Source: Octopus sinensis | Taxonomy: Eukaryota | DNA length: 64,000 nucleotides | Reading direction: 5' to 3' | Assembly (NCBI RefSeq): GCF_006345805.1 | Contig: NC_042998.1 | Span: 83,762,001-83,826,000, forward strand | Part shown: in pieces, positions 52,235-62,807 of the stretch | Layout: every line of letters begins with the position of its first letter | How positions within the stretch are numbered: the stretch's first letter is position 1 | The notes under the pieces: model-generated | The model's input: the letters and a program-made list of their open reading frames with translations, nothing else | Told to the model about the DNA's origin: nothing | The model's database searches: none | Translations under genes and position numbers: made by a program

Positions 52235-52293
52235 CGGAAAGGACATTTCAGTTTCTATCTTTGCTTTAGTTATATGAGAATCTAAATACAAAC

Positions 52294-52414
52294 CTGATTC
52301 TTCTGCTGGTCCAAGTATTCTTAGGTCTTTGGCTTTGATGATGACAACAGTTAACCTTTCCGCCGTTGGAAGGTAACTCAGCGAAATGAGTAATTCCCCC
52401 ATCGTGCAAGCATG
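52294..52414 (-). CDS. SYT: Synaptotagmin-family gene, penultimate coding exon (start of C2B)
   Basis: Acceptor tttactttgtctag at 52415. The 121-nt exon encodes HACTMGELLISLSYLPTAERLTVVIIKAKDLRILGPAEES+G. Donor G|gtttgt at 52293. The trailing G plus AC from the next exon gives Asp (SDPFV), so the phases match. LSYLPTAERLTVV resembles vertebrate SYT12. Confidence 0.93.
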
Positions 52415-52739
52415 CTAGACAAAGTAAATAAATAAATGAATAAATAAATAAATAAAGGTAATAACTATGTAGACAACAAACGTAAATAATTGTGAGGTTT
52501 TACTACTGGAGAGTGAAAATCTCAAAGCGATTCTGTTTGTTAATTGGAAAAATCACAAACTGAAAACATGAAAGACCGCCACGTCAAATGTTGAAAAACA
52601 AAGAACAAAGAGTAGGATAAAATAATTGAGTTTCTCTCTCTATCAGTCTCATATACACACATACACACATACACACACACACACACACAGATAGATAGAT
52701 AGATAGATACATACATACATACATACATACATACATACA

Positions 52740-52771
<32 letters not shown>

Positions 52772-52847
52772 CATATGTACATATATATATATATATACAT
52801 ATGTATGTATTAAATTTTGAATTAAAAGCGACCATTAATGTTACACA

Positions 52848-52878
<31 letters not shown>

Positions 52879-52959
52879 CATATGCATATGCGTGTCTGTA
52901 TTTTTGTATGTCTGTGTTATACATTCTGTCTTTCGATGATGTTTACAAATGCATTTCGT

Positions 52960-54400
52960 TGTTTTTTGTTCAGTTCCAATTCAACCCTGATCTAGTATTC
53001 CTATGATCAAAGGCATTCAAACTGTAATCAATCTCTACTTTTGTGATGTTAGCCAATGTTTCTTTCTTTTTTATGAAGACAGAGTATAAATTGGTGGCGA
53101 TATTGCTGCTGTTTCTAATATCTCGATAGACCACGTAAAGAATCTCAAAAAGGCTCGTATTTAGCACATGTTCGTGTGCATGCATTGTTAAGTAGAACTG
53201 CAAGATAAATCCGAAGTATTTCAAAGTTGTGTAGCAACGTTTCTCAACGCATGAAGACAAAGAAACATTTTGCTCCGCTACTTGAAAATGATAATGATTG
53301 ATTGCTTTCCGAATTCATTACTCGTTTATGACAATTGACATAATTAATTACCGCTTTGCACAAGCCTAAACTAAAATCACAGTTTAATACGGCACAAATT
53401 GCAACTGCAAACCTGGAACTAATGCAGTGTAGCCTACTGGTGTATTTAGGTAATTGATATACCAATTTGATATCTATATCGTTCAGTATTTCGTTACTGT
53501 GCAAAGTCAAGGTCACACTGTTAGAATAATCGTACAAACATGTAGGAAAAATAACTGTGAAATCCCTGGTTCAGAAACCCGTGTTTTATACATGAGAAAC
53601 AAGTTACTTGCCATGTACAGAAATCTTAAACGCCTGATGCATTTCGTCCCATTCATAGAGTTGGTCAATGACAAAAGATACCTCCCTCCTCACCCATCCA
53701 CCAAAAGTAATAACTGTTGTTTATTGGCTGACAGGATGGTAATTATGTTTGTCGCAGTTTATAAACACGAGTTTTTTGTAGACATTCTATCTTGAACGAC
53801 TGGCTCGACATGGCAATAGCACAACAATAGCATTATGAATAAAAAATATCCAATAGAATGCAATCTACTTCTAATTATATACTTACTGAACCAAGCTGGC
53901 AGAAACGTTAGCACGCCGGGCGAAATGCTTAGCGGTATTTTGTCTGCCACTACATTCTGAGTTCAAATTCCGCCGAGGTCGACTTTGCCTTTCATTCTTT
54001 CGGGGTCGATTAAATAAGTACCAGTTACGCACTGTTGAATTCAATGTTCTCTAAATTTGACCTTCCCTATGCAATGTACGCGTTTTACAACTGCTGAAAC
54101 TACTGTAGAAACTCCATTAACCTAATAATGTTTGTTAAAATATTAATTAGCTAATCCATTTTTAGCTTAACAACCCTTTTCTGTGAATGTTTCTAACTAA
54201 GTGGAATATTTTTGTTTATTATCATTGTAGCTTTTAACAAGATAGAGAACAGTTTCTTCATTGTTGCATTTTGTAAATGAAATATAATATTCATTAGCTT
54301 GCACTTTGGCCTCTTCGCTGCTATCAGAAGAAGCAAATGTTGATTTAATGGTGTTATTGTTTACAGCAAAGAAAGCTGTCATCAATTTGCTTGACTCTAC
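52960..54400 (-). mobile_element. Ancient fragmented LINE RT relic (pieces ~54036-54400 and ~52960-53300)
   Basis: ..NIPLS*KHS.. and ..VEIDYS.NAFD.. resemble early RT motifs (WKxS; IDxxKAFD). Heavily mutated. Confidence 0.35.
53888..54035 (+). mobile_element. SINE family A, 3'-truncated, well preserved
   Basis: Near-consensus head and core ending abruptly at acgcactg. Confidence 0.9.
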
Positions 54401-54574
54401 GATCGAGACTGCAAACTGTGAAGGTCTTTTAAATCGCTGTATCTCAAGCTATATTTTTAACTTAACGAGGTATAATTGAATAAATTAATAAATATCAAAT
54501 ACATAATATAGTCACTAGGCAAACGACCAGTTTCTTTCATCTTAAACGGGAATTCAGCGTTCGTATCTTGCGAC

Positions 54575-54775
54575 AGAATCGTTAACATGTTGGGTAAAAT
54601 GCTTAGCAGCATTTCTTCCGGCTCTTTAGGGTGTGAGTTCAAATCTCGCCGAGACTAATTTTACCTTTCATCCCCCGCCCCGGGGTCGATAAAATATAGT
54701 ACCAGTCAAGCACTGGAGAGTAGGGGGTTGGTGTAACTGACTTGTCCTCTCCCTTCAAAATTACTGGGCTTGAAC
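54575..54775 (+). mobile_element. SINE family A
   Basis: Shared core. Confidence 0.78.
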
Positions 54776-56344
54776 TCTGCAACGGACTGGCTACCCATTC
54801 AGGAAGAATGTTGTGATCTTGGTCTCTTATACCAAGTAACCAGCCATGAGTTCTAGTGTTCAAGAAAAAGTTTTAGAATTTGGTTCACCATACCACGATA
54901 TACAATATCAGAATATATACATTTAAAAAGAAAGATATAGTAAGAAAAATAAATGCCAGAGCTGAGTATCCATTACAGTATGTTCAGTTCGGCATGGCAT
55001 TAAACTCAGTCATTATTTCGACAATTATATAAATAGTTTTCAGCTTATTCTATTAAATTTTGCTAATTTGCTCAAAATAGAACGAAAAGATCAACAAAAT
55101 GAAAGATGCTTCGCAAATATTCCAAACTGTCATAATAAAACATAAATCCAATGTTATCACTGATAAATTATTCAAATATAAAACTTGTTTAAAAAATTCC
55201 CGTTGGCTGTATGTTTTATGTAACATGACTCCACAAAGCAAATGCAGAAAACGTCATTAATTATGATATTGTTACCGAGTTACAGAATCATAAATATAGC
55301 TCTTATTTCTAATCTATTCAATAGATTTTCTTGCAACCCACTTCTTTAAATGTCGCAGAGTTGCATAAATGTAATGTGATCCAAAATATACACCTACACT
55401 ATTACAAACATGTCGAAACTGTAGATCTAAATATTTCAGTATATCTTAAAATTACGTATGAAATTAAACAATTTCATCTGGGATGATAAAAATTAGAGTA
55501 GAAGAAAGTAATCGACAGACAATCCTCTTCACACACACACACCACACACACACACACACACACAGATATTCACTGATATTCGAAGAAATTCTAAATAGAG
55601 ATAAAAGGAGACGCTTAAAACAAGTTACTTGCCATGTATATTTCCTGTTGTTTGCGTTCTGACAGCAACGACTGAAATGGTATGGCGTTAAATTTATACT
55701 TTTGGCAGCATTCACCCGGGGTGGGTTGAGCCAGCTCCGATCAACGAGTTCACCACGTCCCTCACCAATGCTGACAGCATCCAACGGTCGACCGCAGTCG
55801 CTGTTGTAATAGATACCCACTCCCGGTAAAATTGTCAAATATCAAAGACGCAGGGAGCCGGTTGTGCTTCCACGTCTACCAAGTCGACAGATAAACATTG
55901 ATGCCGTGAAGAGGGGAATCTGATATATATGGGCGACTGTCAGTCTTAGGCAAAAACTCTTAGCCAGGCCTGCTCATACGTGAGTAGATGCATGACCAGC
56001 CTTGGTCGACAGCGGCCCAAATATTCTGTAACGCCGGCTTACATTTGATTTTCCTATATGGTCATATTTTCGGAGAAATACATCCGTCGACCGGTTTCAA
56101 AAAACGTCTTCAGAACTCGAAAATGAATTTTAAAAGAAACAAGCGCAGAGCTTGATTGATTGAAAGATAAATTGATGCAATCCCAATGAAATGTTGTATC
56201 AAGAAGTAGTTCAAGTCAAAACCAATATGAAACATGGGATTGATTGTTCAAAAAAGAAATGCACGTAGTAAACGAATGCACATTGAAAATGCAGCTAAAG
56301 TAAGACTGACCAATGAACAGTAAATCTGCTCTGTGATGAAGGGT

Positions 56345-56680
56345 GTTAGTAATCACCTGCCTGATTCTCCGGCGGTTATGACGACGAGTGTTCTAGTTGA
56401 TCCGATCAACGGAACAGCCTTCTCGTGAAACTAACACGCAAGTGGCTGAGTACTCTACACATACGCGTACTCTTAACGAAGTTCTCAGGCAGATTCAGTA
56501 TAACACAACGTGACAAAGCTGGCCCCTTTAATTAAAGGTACAGCATATTCTTTTACCACCTGAGTCAACTGGAGCAACGAGAGTCTTGATCAAGGACACA
56601 ACGCGCCGCCAAGAATCGAAGTCACGACGATTCAATCGTGAGCCGAATACCCAAACCACTAACCCATGCATCTTCACATA
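56345..56680 (-). mobile_element. SINE family C variant
   Basis: Reverse complement of the C head plus the shared tail (ccgatcaacggaacagcc..ctcgtgaaa). Confidence 0.8.
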
Positions 56681-56849
56681 TACGATCGGAGATTTTATCG
56701 CTTAGGGGATTTGAACTAATAGGTTGTATTTCTACTCTAGGTGTATATTACTACAAAGATGGCCTCTCCGAGTTATTTATGAATCGAACTAATTAAGTAG
56801 TAATGACGTACTGACAAACACTAATTCTGATTTGCCACAGTGAGGGTGA

Positions 56850-57200
56850 GCGTCATAAAACTGTGTGGATAAGAAACTCGCTTTGCAGCCACGCAGTTTT
56901 TAGTTAAGTCCTAATACACAGCACCTTAGGCAAGGGTCTTGTACTATAACACTGGGCCGACAAACACCTTGTAAGTCCTGTGGGCTTGTGCTGTGGAGGA
57001 CTATCTACCGCTTGACAAGTGATGCCGGTTTGTTTGCGTCTTGTTAACCTAACGGTTCAGTAATAGAAACTGATAGAATAAGTACCAGACTTTTCCAAAA
57101 ATAAGTATTGGGGGTCAATCTGATTGACTAAAAATCTTTCAAAGCGTTCCCTCATCATGGCAACTGTCCAATGTCTAAAACAAGTAAAGGAATAAAAAGA
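56850..57200 (+). mobile_element. SINE family B, degraded full length
   Basis: accttaggcaagggtcttgtactataac...accgcttgacaa...gatagaataagtaccag...catcatggcaactgtccaatgtctaaaacaagtaaa. Confidence 0.75.
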
Positions 57201-57614
57201 TAAACAGATAAAAGAAAGCTTAATTCGTGTTATTCGATACTCAAACGTTTCTGTCTGCTTAAGGTTTTTGATTAATTATATCAAAATAAATATTTTCAAC
57301 AAAAACAAAGAAAATATAGCCAAAAGGTTATAGTCGGTGTTTAGTTGATTTCTGATCTTGATGTTATCAGGCTTTGAGAAAAGATACGTAAAGCCAAAGT
57401 CAGTGTTATTTGAAGTCTTAACATTAAGGGACAACATTAAATACACTTAGGTAGTTAATGCCACGCTCCAATGTTTTTTTTTAACAACTTTCAGCTCAAA
57501 AGTCAATAACCTGAATAAAGATTATAATACAAGCTTCACATTCGTAGCTAGTGGAGACATTAGAATTTTAGCTTACTTGTGAAGGATCAATGTCAAAGAG
57601 AGATAAGTTGCAAT

Positions 57615-57678
<64 letters not shown>

Positions 57679-57829
57679 CTATTAATAGATAGTAGGAAGT
57701 GGTACACTTCAGTCTTATAAGTATTGGAAGTACAGAATAATTTTCTTCTTTAACTCCATTACTTAGCTGAAACCTTTCTGCATGAAAAGGTAAAATTAAA
57801 GCCCTTGAAGTTCAAAGATGCAACCCAAA

Positions 57830-58235
57830 ATGTCGATGATGTCACATTTCTGTGACAGACATCAGACATGTGATCAGCAAGTACCTAAAAATACTATCAA
57901 GGTACCACCCAATGCGAAAAGATGCAGTCATTAAATCAATACACAAAGATTGGTCTGGAATAAATATAGCGAATCCCTCTATCATTGAATACATACATAA
58001 AAATGAATACAAGGAATATTGGTGAAACATTCCTATCAAAATGTTTAACAAGTGCAGACATAACAGACTGGATATCATCATTTGAAACAGAAAAGAAAAA
58101 GTATGTACCGTCATAGAGTCTGGCTACTATGCTGATAAGAATATCTCTTCGAAAATCAAAGAGGAAGAAGATAACTACGGACAACTACTTCGAAAACACC
58201 AGCTGCTGTATTCAAATTATAAATTCACACTTGCA
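57830..58235 (+). mobile_element. R4/Dong-like non-LTR relic: zinc knuckle and restriction-like endonuclease
   Basis: One frame reads KCR*CHISVTDIRHVISKY...EYW*NIPIK...KCRHNRLDIII*NRKEKVCTVIE...KEEEDNYGQLLR. This is a degenerate CCHC followed by the PD-(D/E)xK-type HNRPD..IE..K motif. Confidence 0.78.
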
Positions 58236-58284
58236 TCAATAATAACACAATCTAACTGGTACTTTGTTGTCGGAATGCTTTTAC

Positions 58285-59320
58285 CTGCTTTGAATGATTT
58301 TTCTGATATGCTGAATCGAAAAACGGAATCTATTTTTTACCATCATATCTAGATTTCAAGATATCCAAACCCTCCAATTATCCCTGTTTGATATACGTGG
58401 ACTTTAAGATGGTTAATTTTTCCCTTAGGGCAACAAAGTTGATTCACCAAATATCTATGTTTTTCATGTATGCAGGGTAGCAAAGCAATGGAAAATCATT
58501 AGGTGATCAAAAAATGGCTACAGCTGACATGAGTTCCAAGGTATTTTGATGTGGTTGAAGAGCTTTTAGTTCAGCCAACTTCCATTTCTTATCAAACTTG
58601 GCAGCATGAAGCAATTGTTTAAAGCTCTGTATAAAGACGGACCGAGCTTTCACTATATCCGCAGGGAATTTCCCTGTCTGAGCAGTGAAATGATAAAAGC
58701 TAGAATATTTGATGGGCCGCAAAAAAAAAAAAATTATGAAAGAAGTAAATTCAATAAACTGCACGAGATTCATTTTTAATAGTTGTAAATGACTTTCTAG
58801 GCAGCAAGAAAGAAGCCAGCTATGTCAAAATCATCGGCAACAATGCTGGAAAACTTACAAAAGTTAGGAGCAAATATGCGCATAAAGCTGCACTAAACCC
58901 AAAGGCACCTTCATAAAATCCCTGAAAATCTTGGTGATATAAGTGATGAACAGGTAGAACACTTCCATTAGGACATAAAAATCAATGGAACAAAGGTATC
59001 AAGGCAGATGGGACTTGCATGTGATGGCGGGCTATGAAAATCAATCCAACGCAAATTCATAGATAATTAGGAATAAACAATCACGTAATTTGCCTACAGA
59101 AAATTTAAGATTTTTCTTGTTTTTCAATAGAATTTTAAGAAAGCATTCTGAGTTTAAAGAAAAACCAATTACTATATATGTATGCTATGCTTTTTTCCTC
59201 ATAAACTGTTTTATTGAAACAGAAAAACAAGGAAATTCTATGAATCCAGTATCTTAAAATCTTGAAGTGATGGTAATAAATGGCTGTAATTTTCGGATTC
59301 TGTGTGTCAAAACAACCACT
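58285..59320 (+). mobile_element. Internally deleted DNA transposon, Chapaev3-like (CMC), transposase pseudogene 58510-59037
   Basis: KLGSMKQLFKAL...IFDGPQ...DFLG...NMRIKLH...PENLGDISDEQVEHFH*DIK/MEQRYQGRW matches the SDEQGERFHQDI..MExRYQGxW transposase family. Degenerate inverted subterminal motifs at ~58285-58345 and ~59268-59315. Confidence 0.8.
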
Positions 59321-59683
59321 AGTTCAGGTCCACATTCTTTGACAGCAGAGATAAAAAGAATTTTTTGGTCTGCGTAATTGGTGCTCTTGATTTTTGTGAC
59401 GTTAGTGACAATCCGGTTAAGCTGGCGTTTTCAGAAAAAGAAATCAACCAGCTAACATGTAGATAAGAAATAGAATCTGTAAGCTGAACAATAAGAATAA
59501 GCAAACTTTAGGAGTTCAAAACGTGAATTTGTATTTGTTATATACATTTTCAACTATGAAACTTTGTATATATTTTAGAAAGCAGCTCCTTCCTTACAGC
59601 AAGACCTCAAATAGCTAAAAACAGAAGAGAACATAATACATACATAGACAAACAAACAGATAGATGTAAATACAAAGACACGC

Positions 59684-59684
<1 letters not shown>

Positions 59685-59772
<88 letters not shown>

Positions 59773-59785
59773 CGTGCGTGTGTGT
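59685..59785. repeat. (TG)n microsatellite
   Basis: Direct reading. Confidence 0.95.
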
Positions 59786-60159
59786 GATTGCTATAAGACA
59801 TGAAGTGTTAAGTTTCGAAAAGATACTAACATAAATTAAGATGGCTCTAGGCGAGGTCGCTCGATTTGTGGGAAAGGGCAGGTTTAACCACGCTGAAAAT
59901 CATACCCTATTGTCTTAAATAAGGCAGAACACATTGAAGAAAAAGTCCTACACTAAGTCACAAAACATGGAACAGTCAGTCATAAATCAGTGATAACTAA
60001 AATATCTCCGTTCCTTTGATCAGTGTGCTCAATTAGAGCTGGATTAGAGACCACGATTAGAGGTTTAATGCGGCCATTTTTATTGCACATAGAGATGATT
60101 TTATCCAAGTAATACTCTAAGTGAAAAGTAATATTATTACCGGTGGAAGAAAGCGGCAG

Positions 60160-60340
60160 GCAGGCAGAAACATTAGCAACTGGGGAAAATGCTTAGCAGC
60201 ATTTTGTACGTCTCTACATTTTAGTTCAAATTCCGTCGAGGTCAACTCTGCCTTTTGTCTTTTCAGGGTCGACAAAATAAGTACCAGTTGACCACTGGAG
60301 TCGATCTAATTTGCTGGACTTGTGCTAATATTTGAAAATA
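60160..60340 (+). mobile_element. SINE family A
   Basis: Shared core. Confidence 0.78.
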
Positions 60341-60361
60341 TTATTACAGCGTGGTAGACAT

Positions 60362-60680
60362 ATACTCTTTTATTTGTTTCAGTCATTTAACTGCGGCCAT
60401 GCTGGAGCACTGCCTTTAGTCGAAGAAATCGACCTCAGGATTTATTCTTTGTAAGCATCGTGCTTATTCCATCGGTCTCTTCGGCCGAACCGCTAAGTTA
60501 CGGGGGCATAAACACACCAACATCGGTTGTCAAGCGGTAGTGGTGGGGGGACAAACAGACACACAAATATATACACACACACACACGCACGCACGCACAC
60601 ACACACACACACACACGTATATATATATATATATATATATATGACGGGCTTCTTTCAGTTTCCATCTACCAAATCCATTC
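60362..60680 (-). mobile_element. SINE family B, 5'-truncated
   Basis: Colinear with 50785-51050. Confidence 0.88.
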
Positions 60681-60682
60681 AT

Positions 60683-60738
<56 letters not shown>

Positions 60739-60741
<3 letters not shown>

Positions 60742-61091
60742 GGTGATTCAAAAGTCTCCATACATAGGAAAAATATTTTTTTATTAAGAAACACTTTATA
60801 GATCCCCTGATCTGATCCTTCTTGATTTTTATCTTTGGGGGCATTTGAAAAGCATGATGTATTGCAGAAAGATAAAAGACATAAATGATTTGAAGGAATG
60901 CATCACCAACTCCTTTGCACATGTATCACCAGATGTGCTATTACGAGTTCACAATGAGTGTTGCAATGTGTAATCAAAACAACGGTAACCATATAGAGAC
61001 TGTTAGATATTAAAAAAAAAACTGTTGTTATAAACTGTTTCTTATAAAAACATAAATTGCCCCCATGTATGGCGACTTTTGAATCACTCTG
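60739..61091 (+). mobile_element. Tc1/mariner deletion derivative (353 bp) with transposase C-terminus
   Basis: TIRs cagggtgattcaaaagtctccatacat / atgtatggcgacttttgaatcactctg with TA on both sides. Internal SPDLILLDFYLWGHLKSMMY matches SPDLxPxDFxLWGxLK. Confidence 0.92.
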
Positions 61092-61498
61092 TATGTATAT
61101 ATATATATATATGCCTAAGAATCCGTAAATCAGAAAGAAACATAGATCAGAAATAATAGGCACTATATTTGCTTGCGGATATATTAATCAAAGTATGCAA
61201 TATTATAGATCCGATTTTACAAATCGGTTTCGTACAGGACACTACATAATAAGACAATAATCTAAGAACCACATTCGTCAGAGTAACCGGTATACCTTTT
61301 ACTTATTTCAGTCATTAGGCTGTGGCCATGTTGTGAGTTTGTATGTATGCGTGCATGCATGTATGCATGCATACATGTACGTATGTATGTCATTGTTCAG
61401 TTTTATTTCAAGATTTTTTGCCAATAAAGAGTCAATTTCTAACCTAGATCCAAGGCTTTTCCATTAGAATTTCGACATCAACAACAAGGTAATTTTTG

Positions 61499-61732
61499 TA
61501 AGGCGGCGAGCTGGCAGAAACGTTAGCACGCCGGGCGAAATGCGTAGCCGTATTTCATCTGCCGCTACGTTCTGAGTTCAAATTCCACCGAGGTCGACTT
61601 TGCCTTTCATCCTTTCGGGGTCGAAAAATTAAGTACCCGTTACGCACTGGGGTCGATGTAATCGACTTAATCTGTTTGTCTGTCCTTGTTTGTCCCCTCT
61701 GTGTTTAGCCCCTAGTGGGTAGTAAAGAAATA
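61499..61732 (+). mobile_element. SINE family A (long-tail), well preserved
   Basis: Near identical to 28460-28690. Confidence 0.92.
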
Positions 61733-62194
61733 TGTAATTTTTGTTGTACGTATGTATATGTGCAGATTTGTATGTTTTGCTTTATGCATGCATGTAAGTA
61801 TGTATGTATGTATGTATAACAGTCAACATTTTCAGTTAATATTTTTAAGGGAGACTAGCTAGAATTGTATGTAGTTCTGGATTAGAGAAGCCTTTGCTGA
61901 AAGCTAATGGATTCAGGGATACGCACGTCAATAAATTAATTATAAAATACAAAGTTGTAAAATATATTGATTATCCTGACACTAGCCCACGACCACACGT
62001 GTTGCTTTATCCCTGAGGACGATATAATCTAAATAGAAACGCCATGGTGGGATTTGGAGATTCTGGGAATACGTTGATATAACTAAAAATATTGATATTG
62101 ATTAAACACTCGATCGGATACTTCTGTGTATGTGTTTTTCAATCAACGTTCTAAAATTTAAAATATATACCTTTCTTCTTTTTTTTCCACTCAA

Positions 62195-62740
62195 TGGACA
62201 GTGGATAATGCTGGGGGCACAACCATGAAGGGTTCCTGCCTAAGAAACTGACCCTAGTACTTATTTCTCAGGTTTGGTACTTATTCTGCTAAGTTACAGG
62301 GACGTAAACAAACCAACACCAGATCAACATCAGTTATGAAGCGGTGGAGTGAGTGACAAAACATACACACACACATAAATATATTCTTCTATTCTTTTAT
62401 TTGTTTTAGTCATCTGGCTGCAGCCATGCTGGAGCACCGACTTTAGACGAAAAGTCTGCTCCAGGACTAATTCTTTGTAAGCTCGGTACTTATTCTATCG
62501 GTCTCTTTTGACCGCACCGCTAAATTGAAGGGACGTAAACACACCAACACCGGTTTTCAAGTGATGGTGGGGAACAAACTCAGACACATATATATACTAT
62601 GGGCTTCTTTCAGTTTCCGTCTACCAAATCCACCTACAAGGCTTTCATCGACCCGAGGCTATAGGAGACGATAGTTACCCAAGGTGTCACGCAAAGAAGT
62701 GAACCCGGAATCATCTGGTTGGGAAGCAAGCTTCTTTATT
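62195..62740 (-). mobile_element. Two adjacent SINE family B copies (62195-62370 partial, 62385-62740 near full)
   Basis: Colinear with the reference copy. Confidence 0.8.
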
Positions 62741-62807
62741 TCATTATATTGGCCATAAAGGCTTTACATAGAGAAAGGAAGCTGCAGGCTGGACACAGAC
62801 ATAATGT

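Larger units (their letters stand above)
41468..52293 (-). other. GT-AG intron (~10.8 kb) of the synaptotagmin gene
   Basis: Canonical donor and acceptor with a phase-1 match between the two exons. Confidence 0.88.

Noticed and set aside
53454-53950. ORFs near 53.5-53.9 kb as synaptotagmin exons
   Set aside because: Minus-strand frames are interrupted by stops and lack a polypyrimidine acceptor; resemblance to C2A was superficial.
55464-55838. 124-aa minus-strand ORF as the missing C2A exon
   Set aside because: No C2 motifs in any frame, and it runs into a (TG)n tract.
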